Program-made: the position numbers and the translations under genes | Part shown: positions 56,778-64,000 of the stretch, one piece after another | Layout of the letters: every line of letters starts with the position of its first letter | How positions within the stretch are numbered: the stretch's first letter is position 1 | NCBI RefSeq assembly: GCF_009914755.1 | Contig: NC_060948.1 | DNA length: 64,000 bases | DNA from: the human T2T-CHM13v2.0 reference genome, Homo sapiens | Direction: 5' to 3' (one strand) | The notes under the pieces: generated by a model | What the model was told of the DNA's origin: nothing | The model's database searches: none | Seen by the model: only the letters and a program-made list of their open reading frames with translations

Positions 56778-59700
56778 AATTGATAGGAACGGAATGGAGA
56801 GGAATGCAATGATTTGGCATGGAATGCAATCGAATGGCATCGAATGGAATGGAATGGAATGCAATGGAATGGAATGTATTAGAATGTAATGAACTTTAAT
56901 GGAATGTACTCGAATGGATTCGACTGGAATGGAATGTTCTGGAAGTGAATGGACTCCAATGGAATGGATTCAAAAGGAATGGAATCGTACGGAATGGAAT
57001 CTAATGGAATGGAATTAAATGGAAATGAATCAAATTGAATAGCACGGAATTGAATTGAATGGAATGGAATGCAATGGAATCTAATGAAACGGAAAGGAAA
57101 GGAATGGAATGGAATGGAATGGGCTGGAATGGAAAGGAATCGAAACGAATGGAATGGAATCGAAGTGAAGAGACTGGAATGGAATGCACTGGAATGGAAG
57201 GGAGTGTAATGGAAGGTTCTCGAAAAAAATGGAATCGAATGGAATGGAATTGAATGGAACGGAATAGAGTCGAATGGAATTGAATGGAATGGAATGGACT
57301 AGAGTGAAATGGAATCGAACCACAAGGAATGGACAGGAATAGAATGGTCTCGAATTGAATGGAATCGTATGGAATGGCATCAAACGGAATGGAATGGACA
57401 GCCACGGAATGGAATGCACTCGAATGCAATGGAGTCGAAACTAATGGACTGGAATAGAATGGACTCGACTGGTACGGACTCCAATGGAATGGAATCGAAT
57501 GGAAGGGAATCGAACGGAATGGACTCGAAGGGAAAAGACTGCAATGGAAAGGTCTCGAATGGAATGGAAATTAATGGAATGGAATGGAATCGAATGAAAT
57601 GGAGTCAAAAGGAATGGAATCGAATGGCAAGAAATCGAATGTAATGGAATCGCAAGGAATTGATGTGAACGGAACGGAATGGAATGGAATCCAAAGGAAT
57701 GGAATAGAATGGAATGGAATCGAATGGAAAGGACTCGAATGGAAATCACTCGAATAGAATGCAATTTAATAAAATAGGATCAAATGTAATGGAATGGAAT
57801 GGAAAGGAATCGAAACGAAAGGAATGGAGACAGATGGAATGGAATGGAACAGAGAGCAATGGTATAGAATGGAATGGAATCATCTGGAATGGAATTGAAT
57901 GGAATGGAATAATATGAAATGGAATGGAATGGAATGGAATGGAATGCCCTTGAATTAAATGGACTGGAATGGAATGGACTCGAACAGAGTGGAATGGAAA
58001 GTGTTGAGATAGAATGGAATGGACTCGTTTGGAATGGTCTAGTATGCAATGCAATCGACTGGCAGGGAATCAAAAGGAATGTAATGGAATGGATTGGACT
58101 GGAATGCAATGGACTCGAATAGATTGGAAACGGAATGCAAAGGAATGGAATGGAATAGTATGGAATGGAATGGAAAGGAATGGAGTGGAATAGACTAGAG
58201 TGGAATGGAATGGACTGGAAAGCAATAGACTGGAATGGAACATTCTTGAATGGACTGGAATCAAACGGAATGGAATGCAATGCAATCAAATGGCATGGAA
58301 TAAAATAGAATGAAAGAGAATCAAATGGAATTGAATCGAATGGAATCGAATGGATTGGAAAGGAATAGAATGGAATGGAATGGAATTGACTCAAATGGAA
58401 TGGACTAGAATGGAATGGATTCGAATGGAAGGCAAAGGAATGGAATCTATTGGAATGGACTGGAATGGAATGGAAGGAATTGGAATGGACTCGAATGGAA
58501 TGGACTGCAATAGAAAGGATTCGAATGGAATGAAAAAGAATTGAATGGAATAGAACAGAATGGAATCAAATCGAATGAAATGGAATGGAATAGAAAGGAA
58601 TGGAATGAAATGGAATGGAAAGGATTCGAATGGAATGCAATCGAATGGAATGGAATCGAACGGAATGGAATAAAATGGAAGAAAACTGGCAAGAAATGGA
58701 ATCGAAATGAATGGAGTGTTATGGAACGGACTCAAAAGGAATTGAATGTAATAGAATGGAGTGGAGTGGACTCGAATATAATGGACTGGAATGGAATGAA
58801 ATCACATGGAATGGGAACGAATGGAATGGAATGGAAAGGAATGGAATCGAATGGAAAGGAATCGAATGGAAGGGAATGAAATTGAATCAACAGGAATGGA
58901 AGGGAATAGAATAGACGGTAATGGAATGGACTCGAATTGAATGGACACGAATGCTCAAATTGAATGGACAAGAATGGAATGGAAACGAAAGGAATGTCAT
59001 CGAATGGAATTGAATCGATTGGAATGAAATCGCATAGAATGGAGTGGAATCAAATGGAATTGAATCGAAAGGAAAGGAAGCGAATGGACTGAAATGAAAT
59101 GGAATGGAATTGAATGGAAAGTAACGCAATGGAATAGAATGGAACGAAATTTCACGGAATGGAATCAAACTGAATGGAATCAAATCAATGGAATCTAATC
59201 AAATGGAATGGAAAGGAATTGAATGGAGTAGATTGGATTGGATGGGATTGGAATGAAATGTACTGGAAAGGACTCGAATTTCAAGAAACGGAATGGAATG
59301 AATTGGAACGGAATGGACTCGAAAGGAATGGAATGTCATGGAATGGCATCAAATGGAATGGCATCAAATGGAATGGAATCGAATGCAATGGAATGCTATG
59401 GAATGGAATGGAATGCATTGGAATGGAATGTCCTCTAATGGAATGGATTCGAGTGGAATGGAATCGAATATAATGGAGTCGAATGAAATGGAATTGAAAA
59501 GAATGGGATCGAATACAATGGAATATACTGGAATGTAATGTAATGAACTCGAATGTAATTGACTGGAATGGAATGTACATGAATGGAATGTAATCGAATG
59601 GAAAGTAATCCAATGGAATAGAAACTAATGCAATAAAATCGACTCAAATAGAGTAGAATGTAATGGAATGGAGTGCAGTGCAATGGAATGGAATGGAATT

Positions 59701-60341
59701 GAATGCAATGGAATGGAATGGAATGGAATGGAATGGAATGGAATGGAATGGAATGGGATGGAATGGTATGGAATGGATAGTAATGGACTGGAGTGAAATG
59801 GACTGGAAAGGAATGGACTCAAATTGAAAGGGCCCGAAAGGAATGGAGTCAAATGGAATGGTCTGGAATGGAATGAACACGAATGTAATGCAATCCAATA
59901 GAATGGAAACGAATGGCATGGAATATAAATAAATGGAATCGAAGAGAATGGAAACAAATGGAATGGAATTGAATGGAATGGAATTGAATGGAATGGGAAC
60001 GAATGGAGTGAAATTGTATGCAGTAGAAGGGAATAGAATGGAATGCAAGCGAAAGGAAAGGAATGGATTGGAATGGAATGGAATTCATTGGAATGGAAGG
60101 GAATGTAGTGTAATGGACAGGCCTGGAATAAAGTGGAATGCTACGGTCTCGAATGGAATAAAAATGTATGGAATGGAATGCAATGAAACGGAATCGAATG
60201 TCATAGAATGTAATGGAATGCAACAAAATGGAATCCAAAATCATTGACTGGAAAGGCTGGGTGTCGAAAGGAATTGACTCCAATGGAATGGAATCGAATG
60301 GAATGGAAGTGAATAGAATCGAACTAAATCGAATGGAATGG
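56778..60341 (+). repeat. DYZ1 unit U17 (3564 bp), chimeric, extra HaeIII/ApaI site
   Basis: Anchors 56778 and 60342; GGGCCC at 59830-59835. Confidence 0.9.
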
Positions 60342-63300
60342 AATTGATAGGAACGGAATGGAAAGGAATGCAATGATTTGGCATGGAATGGAATCGAATG
60401 GCATCGAATGGAATGGAATGGAATGCAATGGAATGGAATGTATTAGAATGTAATGAACTTTAATGGAATGTACTCGAATGGATTCGACTGGAATGGAATG
60501 TTCTGGAAGTGAATGGACTCCAATGGAATGGATTCAAAAGGAATGGAGTCGTACGGAATGGAATCTAATGGAATGGAATTAAATGGAAATGAATCAAATT
60601 GAATAGCACGGAATTGAATTGAATGGAATGGAATGCAATGGAATCTAATGAAATGGAAAGGAAAGGAATGCAATGGAATGGAATGGGCTGGAATGGAAAG
60701 GAATCGAAACGAATGGAATGGAATCGAACTGAAGAGACTGGAATGGAATGCACTGGAATGGAAGGGAGTGTAATGGAAGGTTCTCGAAAAAAATGGAATC
60801 GAATGGAATGGAATTGAATGGAACGGAATAGAGTCGAATGGAATTGAATGGAATGGAATGGACTAGAGTGAAATGGAATCGAACCACAAGGAATGGACAG
60901 GAATAGAATGGTCTCGAATTGAATGGAATCGTATGGAATGGCATCAAACGGAATGGAATGGACAGCCACGGAATGGAATGCACTCGAATGCAATGGAGTC
61001 GAAACTAATGGACTGGAATAGAATGGACTCGACTGGTACGGACTCCAATGGAAGGGAATCGAATGGAAGGGAATCGAACGGAATGGACTTGAAGGGAAAA
61101 GACTGCAATGGAAAGGTCTCGAATGGAATGGAAATTAATGGAATGGAATGGAATCGAATGAAATGGAGTCAAAAGGAATGGAATCGAATGGCAAGAAATC
61201 GAATGTAATGGAATCGCAAGGAATTGATGTGAACGGAACGGAATGGAATGGAATCCAAAGGAATGGAATAGAATGGAATGGAATCGAATGGAAAGGACTC
61301 GAATGGAAATCACTCGAATAGAATGCAATTTAATAAAATAGGATCAAATGTAATGGAATGGAATGGAAAGGAATCGAAACGAAAGGAATGGAGACAGATT
61401 TAATGGAATAGAACAGAGAGCAATGGTATAGAATGGAATGGAATCATCTGGAATGGAATTGAATGGAATGGAATAATATGAAATGGAATGGAATGGAATG
61501 GAATGGAATGCCCTTGAATTAAATGGACTGGAATGGAATGGACTCGAACAGAGTGGAATGGAAAGTGTTGAGATAGAATGGAATGGACTCGTTTGGAATG
61601 GTCTAGTATGCAATGCAATCGACTGGCAGGGAATCAAAAGGAATGTAATCGAATGGATTGGACTGGAATGCAATGGACTCGAATAGATTGCAAACGGAAT
61701 GCAAAGGAATGGAATGGAATAGTATGGAATGGAGTGGAAAGGAAAGGAGTGGAATAGACTAGAGTGGAATGGAATGGACTGGAAAGCAATGGACTGGAAT
61801 GGAACTTTCTTGAATGGACTGGAATCAAACGGAATGGAATGCAATGCAATCAAATGGCATGGAATAAAATAGAATGAAAGAGAATCAAATGGAATTGAAT
61901 CGAATGGAATCGAATGGATTGGAAAGGAATAGAATGGAATGGAATGGAATTGACTCAAATGGAATGGATTCGAATGGAAGGCAAAGGAATGGAATCTATT
62001 GGAATGGACTGTAATGGAATGGAATGGAAGGGATTGGAATGGACTCGAATGGAATGGACTGCAATAGAAAGGATTCGAATGGAATGAAAAAGAATTGAAT
62101 GGAATAGAACAGAATGGAATCAAATCGAATGAAATGGAATGGAATAGAAAGGAATGGAATGAAATGGAATGGAAAGGATTCGAATGGAATGCAATCGAAT
62201 GGAATGGAATCGAACGGAATGGAATAAAATGGAAGAAAACTGGCAAGAAATGGAATCGAAATGAATGGAGTGTTATGGAACGGACTCAAAAGGAATTGAA
62301 TGTAATAGAATGGAGTGGAGTGGACTCGAATATAATGGACTGGAATGGAATGAAATCACATGGAATGGGAACGAATGGAATGGAATGGAAAGGAATGGAA
62401 TCGAATGGAAAGGAATCGAATGGAAGGGAATGAAATTGAATCAACAGGAATGGAAGGGAATAGAATAGACGGTAATGGAATGGACTCGAATAGAATGGAC
62501 ACGAATGCTCAAATTGAATGGACTCGAATGGAATGGAAACGAAAGGAATGTCATCGAATGGAATTGAATCGATTGGAATGAAATCGCATAGAATGGAGTG
62601 GAATCAAATGGAATTGAATCGAAAGGAAAGGAAGCGAATGGACTGAAATGAAATGGAATGGAATTGAATGGAAAGTAATGCAATGGAATAGAATGGAACG
62701 AAATTTCACGGAATGGAATCAAACTGAATGGAATCAAATCAATGGAATCCAATCAAATGGAATGGAGTAGATTGGATTGGATGGGATTGGAATGAAATGT
62801 ACTGGAAAGGACTCGAATTTCATGAAACGGAATGGAATGAATTGGAACGGAATGGACTCGAATGGAATGGAATGTCATAGAATGGCATCAAATGGAATGG
62901 CATCAAATGGAATGGAATCGAATGCAATGGAATGCTATGGAATGGAATGGAATGCATTGGAATGGAATGTCCTCTAATGGAATGGATTCGAGTGGAATGG
63001 AATCGAATATAATGGAGTCGAATGAAATGGAATTGAAAGGAATGGGATCGAATACAATGGAATATACTGGAATGTAATGTAATGAACTCGAATGTAATTG
63101 ACTGGAATGGAATGTACATGAATGGAATGTAATCGAATGGAAAGTAATCCAATGGAATAGAATCTAATGCAATAAAATCGACTCAGATAGAGTAGAATGT
63201 AATGGAATGGAGTGCAGTGCAATGGAATGGAATGGAATGGAATGCAATGGAATGGAATGGAATGGAATGGAATGGAATGGAATGGGATGGAATGGTATGG

Positions 63301-63870
63301 AATGGATGGTAATGGACTGGAGTGAAATGGACTGGAAAGGAATGGACTCAAATTGAAAGGGCTGGAAAGGAATGGAGTCAAATGGAATGGTCTGGAATGG
63401 AATGAACACGAAAGTAATGCAATCCAATAGAATGGAATCGAATGGCATGGAATATAATGAAATGGAATCGAAGAGAATGGAAACAAATGGAATGGAATTG
63501 AATGGAATGGAATTGAATGGAATGGGAACGAATGGAGTGAAATTGTATGCAGTAGAAGGGAATAGAATGGAATGCAAGCGAAAGGAAAGGAATGGATTGG
63601 AATGGAATGGAATTCATTGGAATGGAAGGGAATGTAGTGTAATGGACAGGCCTGGAATAAAGTGGAATGCTACGGTCTCGAATGGAATAAAAATGTATGG
63701 AATGGAATGCAATGAAACGGAATCGAATGTCATAGAATGTAATGGAATGCAAAAAAATGGAATCCAAAATCATTGACTGGAAAGGCTGGGTGTCGAAAGG
63801 AATTGACTCCAATGGAATGGAATCGAATGGAATGGAAGTGAATAGAATCGAACTAAATCGAATGGAATGG
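60342..63870 (+). repeat. DYZ1 unit U18 (3529 bp)
   Basis: Anchors 60342 and 63871; 15-bp deletions ~61965 and ~62760. Confidence 0.9.
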
Positions 63871-64000
63871 AATTGATAGGAACGGAATGGAAAGGAATGC
63901 AATGATTTGGCACGGAATGGAATCGAATGGCATCGAACGGAATGGAATGGAATGCAATTGAATGGAACGTATTAGAATGGAATGAACTTTAATGGAATGT
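63871..64000 (+). repeat. DYZ1 unit U19 (partial, truncated by window)
   Basis: Anchor at 63871; carries U13/U16-type variants (GGCACGG, CATCGAACGG, GCAATTGAATGGAACGTATT). Confidence 0.88.

Larger units (their letters stand above)
1..64000 (+). repeat. DYZ1: DYZ1 / human satellite 3 (HSat3) tandem array of Yq12 heterochromatin; GGAAT (purine-rich) strand is +
   Basis: Diverged (GGAAT)n throughout. Landmarks such as CAGCCACGG, TGCCCTTG, CAGGCCTGG and GGCTGGGTGTCG recur every ~3.55 kb. Four units are 3564 bp, the classical DYZ1 length. One HaeIII/StuI site (AGGCCT 3307-3312) and one EcoRI site (3269-3274) per unit. 3172-3194 and the reverse complement of 3303-3325 match DYZ1 sexing primers as I recall them (from memory, not searched). 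Confidence 0.96.

Noticed and set aside
224-63902. Hundreds of ORFs (MEWNG-type on +, FHSIP-type on -)
   Set aside because: (GGAAT)n has no stop codon on either strand and contains ATG every 5 bp on +. The ORFs overlap in several frames, repeat with the unit and are freely broken or fused by indels; no domain or codon signal.
1-64000. CRISPR-like repeat/spacer array or a prokaryotic defence/mobile system
   Set aside because: No unique spacers, no cas, reverse transcriptase or transposase coding sequence; everything is pentamer-derived satellite.
1-64000. HSat2, DYZ2 (HSat1B/Alu-containing) blocks, alpha satellite, or L1/Alu insertions
   Set aside because: No tandem HSat2 CATTCGATTC-type backbone, no AT-rich or Alu segment, no 171-bp monomer; unit spacing leaves no room for an insertion.
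1-64000. Inversion or strand switch
   Set aside because: GGAAT orientation is kept on + throughout; no ATTCC runs seen.

Overview
The whole 64 kb window is one uninterrupted, single-orientation array of diverged GGAAT pentamers (human satellite 3). It is organised as 18 complete ~3.55 kb units (3508-3569 bp, mean ~3548) plus 130 bp of a 19th. Several units are exactly 3564 bp and most carry one HaeIII/StuI site and one EcoRI site, which identifies the array as DYZ1 (HSat3 of human Yq12 heterochromatin). I see no genes, RNA genes, transposons, CRISPR arrays or DYZ2 blocks, and every listed ORF is a by-product of the pentamer. I cannot support a new protein-coding system. Two things merit attention. 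First, each unit carries three perfect tripartite heat-shock elements (50 of 54 intact) on a continuous TEAD-motif background. Second, the unit variants record array evolution: single-unit tandem duplications, an emerging ~10.67 kb three-unit higher-order repeat, a chimeric unit, pentamer-quantised indels and apparent out-of-register copying. Units U1-U18 are anchored on AATTGATAGGAACGG. All counts were made by eye and need confirming by alignment.
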